A DNA stretch of 37,603 bases from Reclinomonas americana ATCC 50394 (lineage: Eukaryota). Of this stretch, positions 1 to 10,495 are shown one piece after another (position 1 is the first letter of the stretch; every line of letters begins with the position of its first letter). The position numbers were made by a program, and so were the translations under genes. The notes under the pieces were generated by a model. The model ran no database searches, had not been told where the DNA came from, and saw nothing but the letters and a program-made list of their open reading frames with translations. The stretch covers positions 1 to 37,603 of the forward strand of contig PS015453.1 of NCBI GenBank assembly GCA_048213135.1, in the 5' to 3' direction.

Positions 1-157
1 TATCCTAAGATCTTCTCAAATGCTTCAGTTGCATAATAATTGCTCTTGTTAACTTGATGTACGTGTGGCGTGTGAATGGCGGCATGGTGGTGGAGCCGCG
101 GTGAAAAAATGGGAACTGTCTAATGAACAGACGATAAATGTCGTCTCATGCATTCGT

Positions 158-2563
158 CTATTCTTCCGCCTCGGCACCCTCACCGCTTTCCATCGGCACC
201 ACGCCCTCACCCTCTCCACCTTCATCGTCATCTGCCACTTCCGCAACAGCAGCACTTGACTCACCCGCCGCCGCAGCACCGCCGTCGTCCTCGGCGTCCG
301 ACGCCACCGTATCGCGCTTACTCGACGGCAACGGCGGCAGTGGCGTGGCGATCTCGGGGAAGAGAAGGGCCAGGTTGCTGCGTACGGTACCGCGCTCCAC
401 CTTGGACACCATCAGATTCACAGAGCGGCGTGAGAGGTACACGGCCACCGCAAAGTGCTTGCTGTGAGGTCGCACAACGTGAGCAACGCAGAAACGCAGA
501 AGGAAGAGTGCCAGAGTGGAGAGAGACGCAACGCAGCACCCGGCACCGCCATCGCCGGCAGATTGCGCGCCTCCTGCAATGCGACGACGCCACCTCCACG
601 TTCGCCAGCGCGGAACATGGTGCACGCCTCGGGTGAGAATTCATCCTCGAATACTGTCGACCACGACAGCAGACGGTTGAAATCCTCCAAGTTGACATAG
701 TAGACGCGCTTCGTCAGGTACGGGAAGGCTACGTTACGTACAGGTGAGCGCAGAAGCACATTGTGGGCAAAATGCGAATCGACCAACGCACCAAATCCCA
801 CAGACTCGTGGCAGATGCGATACGGGCACGAAATGTACTCCGTGTCGCGCCTCTCAAACAAGCGGAGACCGGCATTCACAATCTACGAGACGCGTCAGCA
901 AGGAACACGTGAGGAGACAGCAGCCTGATGTAACCACACCTGCCATCTCTTCTGCACAAGGTTCTGTTGAATGAGTTCGTGCACTGACTTGCTGACGTAC
1001 ACAAAGCGCGTGCTCCGCGAGTCATCGTCACAGCGCGTGTAAAACTGATTGGCCGGCAGATCCATGCCAAATGCCGCGCTGTTACCACAAGCGAGTGAGT
1101 TAGGAACAAAAAGGAAGCCCTCACAGTCAACTGTGCAATGTGCCGCAACAGTGCATCCTGGACGGCAGCGGTCGGCGCCTCGCGGAACTGACTGAAATTG
1201 GTTCCACGTCCATTCCAGCTGCGCACCTTGGCCTTGGCCTTGCCTGCGACACAACCATCATCAGCACTCACGTAGTGGAACAGAAAGATGGCGTGATCTT
1301 GGTCTCACCTGGTGGAGGGGCCGGCGGCACATCCTCTTCCTCTCCGTCCACCGGCATGGCGCCCGATGTACCCTCGTTCGGCAACTCGGTGGCGGCCACT
1401 TCGTCCGACACGGCAGTGTCAGCAGCGGCGGCCGCGGCAGCCGAAGACGACGACGGTAACCTCCGCAGCACAGCAATGAAGAAACCGCCCGTGTTCTGCT
1501 TGTGCGGAAGCACACGCATGCTGGAGGACAAACACGTCGGTGAGCGCCCGATCCCTCGCCTAATGGCCATAAAACTGTGTCTCACCATCGCTCCAGATGC
1601 ATTTCAGCGGCCTCCTCGGCAGTGGGCGGGAACATCGAGTGCAGCAATCGCCCATTAGGCGGGCGCTCACCCGTCTGCGCCTCCACGGACTCCCAGAAGC
1701 GACCCCACGCATCTGCGACCTTCCACGACGACAAACCCGGCTCACGAATCAATTCGGGGTACCGAGCTGAGCAGTCCACCAACTCCATCGTGCCCTTGTT
1801 CTGGCGCAGCAGCTCGGCGACCACGGCCTCGTCTTCGATTGGATTGAGGGAGCAGGTCGAGTACACCACAATGCCGTTCTCCTCAATCAGCTGGATGGCT
1901 CGCTGGGCCACACGCACTTGCATGCTGGGAGGCGGGAGAAGGGATTCGAATGAGGTGCGAGGGTCAAGAGAGGTGGGGGGAGGAGAGAGGAGACACAACT
2001 TGTGCAACCCAATCGCGCCGACCACACGCCACTTGACCCAGGCGTCGGGCTGCTTGCGGAAGGTGCCATCGCCCGAGCACATGACGTCGCACAGAATGCG
2101 GTCAAACCGCACCCGCCCGCGCCCCGGCAGCGTCAGACCCGGGAACGCTGTGGCGTCGTGATTGGTCAAAATCATGTGCGGGTACAACTCACGCAGGCGC
2201 ATGACTTGATGAATCAGCAGATACGCGCGCTTCACGTCAATGTCGTTGGCAATCACAAAGCCACCTTTGCGGGGTGTGAGTACCACGTCCGGTGGGCACA
2301 TGGGGGAGGAGAGGGGAGGGGGAGACGCAACTAATGTCCTCCTCGCGAGTGCGATTCGCAGCCAGGTACTCCAGCAACTGTGCCGTCTTGGAGCCTGGCG
2401 AGGCGCACATGTCGAGCACCTGACACGCGACATTAGATGCGAGGGGAGAGGGAGAAGGGAAACAGAGAGAGAGAGAGAAGGGGGAGGGAGAAGTGGGAAA
2501 GAGAGGGGGAAGGGAAAGGGAGAGAGAGAGGAGGGAGGGAGGGAGAAGGGAGAGGAGGGAGAC

Positions 2564-2604
<41 letters not shown>

Positions 2605-3929
2605 TATGTGTGTGTGTGTGAGAGAGAGAAACAGGTGCACGCAACTCGATGATGGCTCTCCACATCCATCAGCATCGGCGGCACCATCGACACCTCCTCC
2701 TGACGACTGACATTGCCCTGTGGCAAGAGAAACAACACAATCAATCCTCCGAGTCCGCAGCATGACGACGACTCCACAGTGGCGCGCACACACCTGTGCA
2801 GTTTGCGCTCGCAGGAACTCCAGGAACTCCTTCATGCGTGGATCCTTGCGCAGTCCCGTGCCCCAAACGCCCAAGCGCCATGCCATTTGGTCGGGGTACC
2901 TGACGAGGGGGAGAAGAAGGAAGAGAGAAAGGGAGTGAGCAAGGAGAGAGGGAGGAGAAGGGGATCGAGTCATCAAGTGGCGCGGGAGATGAGAGAGGGG
3001 AGAGAGCAGGGAGAGAGAGAGAGAGAGAGCGAAAGGAGAAAGAGGGCAGAATGGCTTCAAGCATGGATTTCGATCGAGACACCAAGTGGGTGAAGAGAGA
3101 GCAAGGGGAGCAGGGAGAATACGAGAGGAAGGAGCAAGGAGGGAGAAGGAGAGGAGACAAGGGGTCTCTGTGAATGGATGCATGCACCTCGATCACGACA
3201 CCAAGTAACCCGGAAGATGAGAGGGGGGAGAGGGAGGGAGAGAGAGAGAGAGAAGGAGAGAGGCAGAGAGGCTCAATCCTGCTTGAAATGTCAATGTATG
3301 CATGTTCCCCGATCAGGACACTCAGTCGCAGGAGTGCAGACATGGAGGGATCTGCTTCTCCCTCTCTCTCCCTCGCAATCATTCATGCATGCACACCACC
3401 CAATGCAAAAAAATGTGACTGACTGATCTCTCCCTCTTCCCCTCTCTCTCTCACACACCACTTGATAGGCTCCAAGAGAATCGCATCACCCGTCTCACTC
3501 TGCAACGAGCGGAACTGCGGCACAAAGTGGTCGCGCAGGCGATCGCGAATGGCCTCCGCAAAGGGACACGCCCCATTGATGCGAAACGTGGTCGGCAGAG
3601 GCTCCCGCATGCACTCCACAAACGCCTCCCACTCACTCTCCGCGATAATCCCTTGCGCCTGCACACGCGCACACGCACACACGTGAGCGAGATGGCACGA
3701 CATGTCACTCTTTGTTTGCTTGCACCTTGTAAAAGGTGGCATGTGCGTCGTTTTGCACAGTGGAGCGCTGCAACTGCGCGCGGTCGTCGCGCCAGTCGCC
3801 ATCGCCGCCGCCTGCGTGTGAGCGTGGAGGAGAGCTGCCCTCGGAACGAGTCCGCTTTCGCTCACTGCCACCGTCTTCGCCTGCATTGGCGCGCTTCTGA
3901 CCGCGACCGCGACCCTTGTTTCGCCCCAT
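158..3929 (-). CDS. NSUN2: tRNA (cytosine-C5)-methyltransferase NSUN2/Trm4, 13 exons
   Basis: Spliced frames give MGRNKGRG.., LPTTFRING, GNVSRQEEVSMVPP, VLDMCASPGSKTAQL, FDRILCDVMCSGDGT, VYSTCSLNPIEDEAVV, CMRVLPHKQNTGGFFIAVL. Exons: 3929-3726, 3658-3459, 2899-2794, 2717-2646, 2419-2332, 2264-2000, 1924-1586, 1520-1309, 1243-1150, 1078-940, 882-792, 728-533, 461-158. All introns GT-AG and frame-consistent; TAG at 160-158. Confidence 0.96.
2950..3430. repeat. Degenerate ~115-bp tandem repeat (4-5 copies) inside NSUN2 intron 2
   Basis: Core GATCRNGACACCAAGT-like motif at 2963, 3072, 3191, 3311 (weak copy at 3425), usually preceded by GCATG and separated by GA-rich tracts. Confidence 0.65.
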
Positions 3930-4670
3930 CACGCACAAGCACACACAGAGGAGGAGAGAGGAAAAAAGTAGCGTCTACAGAAGCGCGTTTCCGTCCCTAC
4001 GTAGACGGGACGATCTCGGTTCTTTGTGTTTTGTGAGAGAAAGTGTGAGCGTGACCGCGACACTTGCTGCGACCTATCAGCGTGCATACACGTGCAAACG
4101 CACAGAGAGACGATAAGTCGCGTCTACAGAAGCGCGTTTCTGAGCAAGACTGTCGACGTCGTTCTCTTTTCTTGCGTTTTTCTCGTGTGAGAATGAGTGC
4201 GATTGTGCCCGCGATCGTAACCCTTGTTGCGGTCCATCGTGCACGCGTACGCACACAGAGGGGAGGAGACAAGGTCGCGCATGCAGAGTACAGTTCGAAT
4301 TCGCGATCGAAACGCGTTTCCAATGCATGCGCGACTGTCGTTCTCTTTTCTTGCGTTTTCGTGTACGAGTGTTAGCATGGCCTTTGTTACGACCCCGTCT
4401 TGCACGCACACAAGCCGCGCACACAAGAGCGGAAAAAAGACGCGTCCTGCACCAGCGCGCGCGTTTCCCAGCAGACTGGCAATTCTTGTTTCCTGTATTT
4501 GTGCGATAGAAGGTGCGAGAATGACCGCTGCCAAGGGGCTCTTGTTGCAGACACACACGCAACACATGCACAAGAGGAGAAGAATCGCGTCTACAGAAAG
4601 CGCGTTTTCTTATGTAGACTAGACGTTCTTTTTTTCTCTGCTTTCGTGTGAGAGAGAATGAGTGCAGCGG
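3900..4670. repeat. Five-copy degenerate ~150-bp tandem array forming the divergent intergenic/promoter region
   Basis: Exact 21-mer GCGTCTACAGAAGCGCGTTTC at 3971 and 4120 (variant at 4587). CGCGTTT core recurs at about 3984, 4133, 4313, 4460, 4601. Exact 23-mer GTCGTTCTCTTTTCTTGCGTTTT at 4158 and 4337. Confidence 0.85.
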
Positions 4671-6393
4671 GTCCTGTGAGTCGCATGCTGCGCGACCTCA
4701 CACAGCGACTTGCGCAGCATCGGCGACGATTGGACACTGGGCAGTGGAGCAGCAGCAGTGATGAGCACGATGATGATGATGAAGATGATGAGAGTGAGGT
4801 GGAGGCTGTGGAGGCCGGGTTGATGGGAAGAGTTGAGTGCAAATGAGGGAAAGGGAGGGGTAAGGGAGAGAAGTAGGTGGGGAAGGCGAGAGAGAGAGAG
4901 AGAGAAGGGAACAGCTGTCTCGATCACTCACTCACTCACTCACTTACTCACTCACTCACTCACTTACTCACTCACTCACTCACTCTCCCACTCACTCACT
5001 CTCCCACTCACTCACTCTCCCACTCTCCCACTCTCCCTCTCTCTCACTCTCACTCACTCACTCACTCGCTCTCTCGCCTTTCTCACAACTCATCTTCTCC
5101 TTTCCTTCTCCTTCCCTTCCCTGCTTCTTCCCTTCTACTTCCCTTCATCCTTCCTCACTTGTCCCCCCCTTCTCCCCCTCCCCCAGGTCCCCCGCGACGC
5201 CCCTCTGGACTCCGCCGGCGCCCTCCGCCGCAGCGTCCACGAGGAGTTGTCACGCGCACACGAACCCCAACCTCCGCCTCCTCTCGACGAGGTCCGCACC
5301 GTCGATCGTCGCACAAAGCGCGAGTTGGTGGTGCGCCCGCCAACTGCACCTCCGTCGCGCATGACCTTCCGTGGGGTTTCATTCGAGGTCGGAGGCGACA
5401 GTGGCAGTGCGAGTGCACGGGGCAGAGTTGTGGAGAATGCAGAGTTCCGAGCGGATTTGGGGCGCCGACTGACGCGCAAGAAGAAGAAGCGACGAGTGAG
5501 CCAGGTGGAGGAGCGGGAGGAGTTGCTGCGGAAACGCGAGTCGGCGAAGCGGTATGCGCGCGAGGCACGGGAGTCGACCACGCAGAGTTGAGAGCAGAGA
5601 GCGTGCATACCTTTTTTTCTTCTGTGTTTGTGTGTCGCTGACTCGATGAGCCGCAGCTGTTCGACGATCGACGAGTCGCACGCGACGCGGTCGTGTGAAG
5701 ACAAAGGCAGCTGCTGCGGCGCCACCGCCGCCACCGCCCTCGGATGTGCTGGCGTATCGACGCTACAAGGAGGGCCAGCTGCGGCGACAGCGGGCAGAGG
5801 AGGCCGAGGAGGAGGGGAGGCGTGTAGCGGAGGCGCATCGGGAGTGGGCGCTCGACATTGAGAGGCGCATGCAGCGGATACGTGAGCAGGCCGGCATTGT
5901 GCCGCCATCGCAGAATAGCGCGCGCACTCGTTCGACATCGCCGCCTCCACCGGCACCATTGTATGTGGCGCGCAGTCCGTCGCCACCGCCTGCGCGCGGC
6001 GAGTCGGTGGAGCGCGACGCCAGTGGAATCGAGTGGGTCATGGCCGACGATCGACCGCCATCACCATCACCACCGCCTCTGGTGTCGACGCCGTTGCAAC
6101 CATCGGCAGTCAGAGAGGAGGAGGAGCGTCGACGGGTGGAAGAGGAGCGTGGACGTGTGCGACATGTGACACCGACGGTTGGGCGACGCACGCGAAGCGC
6201 CAGCGGTGGCACGCCTCGTCATCAGAGCACGCAAACCGTGGATGCCTTCAACGAGTACCCGCCACCGTCGCCCCTGGTGCGCAATCCGAGTCTCGTGCGC
6301 AGCAGCAAGCGTGTGGGGTGGATATCGCCGCATAAACCCTTTAGGGCTGCCGCTCCCATTGTGCCCACCGAGCGGGGAGTGCGGCTCTTGTAA
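4658..6393 (+). CDS. Hypothetical low-complexity/coiled-coil protein, 3 exons
   Basis: Exons 4658-4831, 5187-5586, 5657-6393 join in frame via two A|GTTGAG..CAG introns. Arg/Glu/Pro/Ser-rich with a basic RKKKKRR cluster; TAA at 6391-6393. No family recognised. Confidence 0.75.
4925..5065 (+). repeat. (CACT)n microsatellite in intron
   Basis: Direct run of CACT/CTCA units inside intron 4832-5186. Confidence 0.9.
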
Positions 6394-6446
6394 AAAAGAA
6401 TCAGAAAAAATATTGTTGTTACACATTGCGGTTGTCTCGTCTCTCT

Positions 6447-9400
6447 TTATGAATTTCGCGAGATCGTTGGTGGGTATGGCACATTGGTGGCGAAGCCGGA
6501 CTTCTCGATCTGCACACAGATCGAAGTTGCGCCAGCACTATGTAGGATCTCCGCCACTCGCGCCAGCACTGTCTGCTCGTTGGCCTGCTCGTGGATGACC
6601 ACGTGCAGCGAGGTGACGAGACCGCGCGCGTCGTGCGACCAAATGTGCGGATTGCGACACTCAATGACCTCTTGCAAATCGCGCACCTGGTGACGCACAC
6701 TCTGGTTTTAGAGCGAGACACACACGCCTTCCCCCATCTCACCACCCACAATACCTTGTGCATGCAGTCCTCCAGCACCGGCTCACACCCGTAGGGTATG
6801 CGCTGCAGGAGAACGGCACCGGCGTGCTGGACAAGGCGAATGGCCGACAGGAAGATGAAAATGGCAATGAGCAGGGAACATATGGGGTCGGCAATCATCC
6901 AGCCCATGGTTTGGATCAGCAGCGACGAGGTGATGACGGCGACGGAGCCGAGGGCGTCGGCCACAATGTGCAGGTACATGCCCTCGTGGTTCATGTTGAG
7001 GTCGTGGCCGTGATGGAAGAACATGATGCCGACGACGTTGACGAGCAGTCCCAGTGTTGACACCAGCAGCAGGCGATCACTCAGTACCGTCGGCGGAGCG
7101 AATACACGACCCAGCGCCTCGAAACCGACCGCCACGCTGATACACAGCAGGAACACGCCATTGACGAAACCGGAGAGCACCTCAAACCGCCCGTACCCAT
7201 ACGAAAACACTCGATTGGCCTTCCACGACGCCATGTATGCGCCATACAATGCGATAGCGTGAGCGGTGCAGTCGAGCAGCATGTGCGCCGAGTCCGAAAT
7301 AAGGCCCAGCGAGTTGTTCATGACTCCGTATGTCAACTGCACGCACGTGAGGATGGAGGGGGACGAAGAGGGGGGAAAGCGTGAAAAGTGAGAGAGAGAG
7401 AGCTCACCTCGACGCCCATGAACAGCAGGTTGGCGGTGAGGAAAACGAAAATCTTGCGTGACCGCGGATTGCCCATGATGTGCGACAGCACCGACTTTAA
7501 CGACGCCGCCTGCGCCGGCAGCGACGGCTTGCTCTCCGACGACTCCGAAATGACCGAGTCGTGCAGCGACAGGCCGCCCAATCCCAGCGACAAGCTGCTG
7601 CCCGACGAGTCGGTGTCTTCTTGCACAAAGTGGATGGCTGTGGGAGGGGAGACTATCGTGTGAGGCTGAGGGAAGACTAGGCACGACACACGAGAGGTGC
7701 GCACACAAACCGAGAAGAACAAGGCCGGCCACGGCCATGAGCGACCACGAAAGCGCCAGCGAGTAGACCCAGTATTCAACAATGCATGCCGCCAAGAAGG
7801 AAGCCACGAAACCTCCGCGTGCCATCCACGGCACCGGCAGCCGCCGTGAGCACGCAGCATCGGCCAAGTGTGGCACCACAAAGACGCCAGCCACCAACAT
7901 GATCGAGTGGAAGAACTCGCCAAACGAGGTCAGCGGCAGTGGCACAGCCGATGTCTGTGGGGTGCGAAGTGAGGACGATGAAAAAACACAGGCGCCGTGT
8001 GGTCCTACCACACAACCACGCAACTCGGTATGCCGTGAGCAGCACCGACGGGAGGACCCACACCGTGGCGGCCAGCACTGTCAGCGAGAACTGGCGCTTG
8101 GAGCCGAGATCGGCGGCGAGTTTCCGCGAAAAGTTCTTGCGCAGAATGGAGATGAATGCGGCGAGGGCCAGGAAGAGCGAGCCCAGCAGCACTTGCGACG
8201 GAGCAATCGCCGCCTCGGCCATGTGCTCCACCACGTCCGGATCGACGGTCGCATCCGACACGGCATTATCGTCGCCGCCCTGGAGCGCCGCTTCGGCGGC
8301 GGCTGCCGCGGCTGCGGAGGGGGAGAAGGGAGAGGTGTGAGGGGAGGGGGAAGGGAGAAAGGGACAGGGAGAAAGGGAGAGGGAGAAAGAGAGAAAGGGA
8401 GAGAGGAAGAGAGAGAGAGAGAGGAGCGAGAGAGAGGGAAACAGATATGAGGTTCAGTGCACTGCGTGTGCGAAAGAGAAGGAGAGCGAGAGAGAAGAAG
8501 GGAGTGAGGGAGAAGAGACAGAGAGAAAGAAAGAGAATGAGGTGGCGATTCAGTCAGTACACAGTGAATGTGCACAGAGTGAGAGCGAGAGAGAAAAAAT
8601 GAAAGAAGAAAAACAGGAGAGAGAGAGAGAGAGAGAGAGAGCAGTCGAAGGAGAGTGCACGGAAAGAGAGGAAGAACAGAGAAAGACAGAGAATGATTGG
8701 GCGAATGGATTAATGCACAGTGGCGCGCGAGAAGAGAAGGGAGCGAGAGAGGGGAATGAAAGAAAACAAGCAGGGGAGTGGAGGAGAGGGACACAGAGAG
8801 AATGAACGAAACAGAGAGAAAGAAAGAATGAATGAAAGAGAGAAGGAAAGAAAGAGAGAGAAAGACAGAGAGTGTGCATAGAGTGAGAGTGAGAGAGTGG
8901 GGAGAACAGGATGAGGCGGAGACTGGATCAGTGCACAGTGTGTGTGCGGAGAGGAAGGGAGAGAGAGAGAGAAAGAGATCGCCAACTCACCTGCCGACTT
9001 TTCACTCGGCACCGACACCGTCACCGTCATGAAGAGCAGAAACGCGTAGGCCATGGTGAAAATCAACACGCCCTTCCACTTGCCACCACGCCACTTGCGC
9101 CAGCCAAACAGCGCACCGACCATCGACAGCAGCAGGAACTCCGACTGCTCAATCAGCAGCGTGCTGGGAGGGGGAAACACAATGAAATGCCAGCTGGGCA
9201 TCATCACAACAAGACAACACACACAGACCGCAGTGGGCCCACGCGCTGCAACCCCAAAATCCACAAGTACGTCGACACGGTGAGCAGCAGACCATTAAAC
9301 ATGACGCGCGCAATCTGTGTTCAAATTCGTTCAAAGTCACCAATGAGTGAGACCAACAAGCGCAGAGAAGAGACATGGAGAGCGAGGGAGAGGGGGAGGA

Positions 9401-9500
9401 GAGAAAAGAGAACGATCAGGCGGTCACTTTCTCACGGTTTCTGCATGCATTTCTCTCTCTCTCTCTGTACTCTTTCCCTCTCATGTCTCTCTCTTCCCTC

Positions 9501-9557
<57 letters not shown>

Positions 9558-9976
9558 AACTGACCGCACTCAAGTCGAGTGGCACTTTGAGCGGTGTTTG
9601 CCATGGTCTCTGAATGAGCATCAACACGCCACCACCAATGCCAAACATGAAAAAGGCAAAGATGGAGACGGAGGAGTGATCGACGGCGTGGTGCGTGCGA
9701 TACACCGATAATGTGCGAATGCACTTGGAGAAGGCGAGCGCGGCAAGAAACACAGCTGCGCGTGAGAGAAAGTCACTGCTGTTGCTGCTGCTTGCTCCAC
9801 TGGCACCACTTGCACTGCTGCCTCCACCACGCTGTCATGGGTAATAAAAGTGACAGTGAGGGAACGCGTGTCGTGTGTGTGCGCCATTGCCAAAAGTGTG
9901 TCACCTTGCTGCGTGCGCCTAGATCGGCGGCGCCGCCTCCCGACGAACTGCTCAGTGAGAAGTCCTCGGCGAGCAT
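6447..9976 (-). CDS. SLC30A5: Cation diffusion facilitator zinc transporter, ZnT5/Msc2 type (extra N-terminal membrane domain)
   Basis: CDF motifs: SRKIFVFLTANLLFMGVE, NSLGLISDSAHMLLDC (HxxxD), FSYGYGRFEVLSGFVNG, GMYLHIVADALGS (HxxxD), ADPICSLLIA. The N-terminal TM region contains GPLRTLLIEQSE, like ZnT5. Introns 9564-9315, 9228-9164, 8990-8312, 8024-7955, 7710-7638, 7407-7337, 6754-6687. The 5' end (ATG 9976) is uncertain. Confidence 0.9.
9504..9555. repeat. (CT)n/(GA)n microsatellite at 5' end of a ZnT intron
   Basis: Uninterrupted dinucleotide run. Confidence 0.95.
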
Positions 9977-10345
9977 CGACGCTGCGCTGGTGTCTTGCTT
10001 GCGGCGAGTGGCGCGGACTCGTGATCACAGGACAACTGCAACATGAAAGTTGCTGGCGTTCAGCGATGATGGTGAGCGTGCGGGGAGGTGTGTCGTGCTG
10101 TGGTGGGTCGACTGCAAGCGAAGGCGAGCGATTGCGGGCGTAGAAAAGGTGACTTCGACGTCGATCGACGTCGCAGTCGACGTCGTGGCTTTCGTCGTTT
10201 CCGCGCTCAGACGCAAGTGCTCCTCAAATCTCGTCCTCCAGCGTTATTCACATGACCGCCCAGGTGATCACACCGTCTTCTTTTGTAAGCTCTCCATGTG
10301 CGCCTGTGTTATGTAAGGTGTAGTGAGATCTTTTGTGTGCATAAG

Positions 10346-10382
10346 TGTGTGTGTGTGCTTGTGACGTGTGTGTGTGTGCTTG

Positions 10383-10439
<57 letters not shown>

Positions 10440-10440
10440 T
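10346..10440. repeat. Compound (GT)n(GA)n microsatellite, intergenic
   Basis: (GT)n runs with a duplicated GCTTGTGAC interruption, followed by (GA)n. Confidence 0.9.
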
Positions 10441-10495
10441 CTGTTTGTGCGAGTGAGTGTGTGTGTGCGTTGTCTCATCGTCGTGCTCAATCAGC

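Noticed and set aside
1925-1999. Non-canonical TT-AG introns (cutting G|TTGCG instead of |GTTGCG)
   Set aside because: Where the downstream exon does not start with G (e.g. 1999-1925, 16712-17423, 28083-28145), only the cut before GT keeps the conserved frame, so the introns are GT-AG.
3940-4660. CRISPR-like array (palindromic repeat with spacers)
   Set aside because: Repeats are degenerate, the 'spacers' are homologous to each other and ~130 bp long, there are no cas genes, and the context is eukaryotic.
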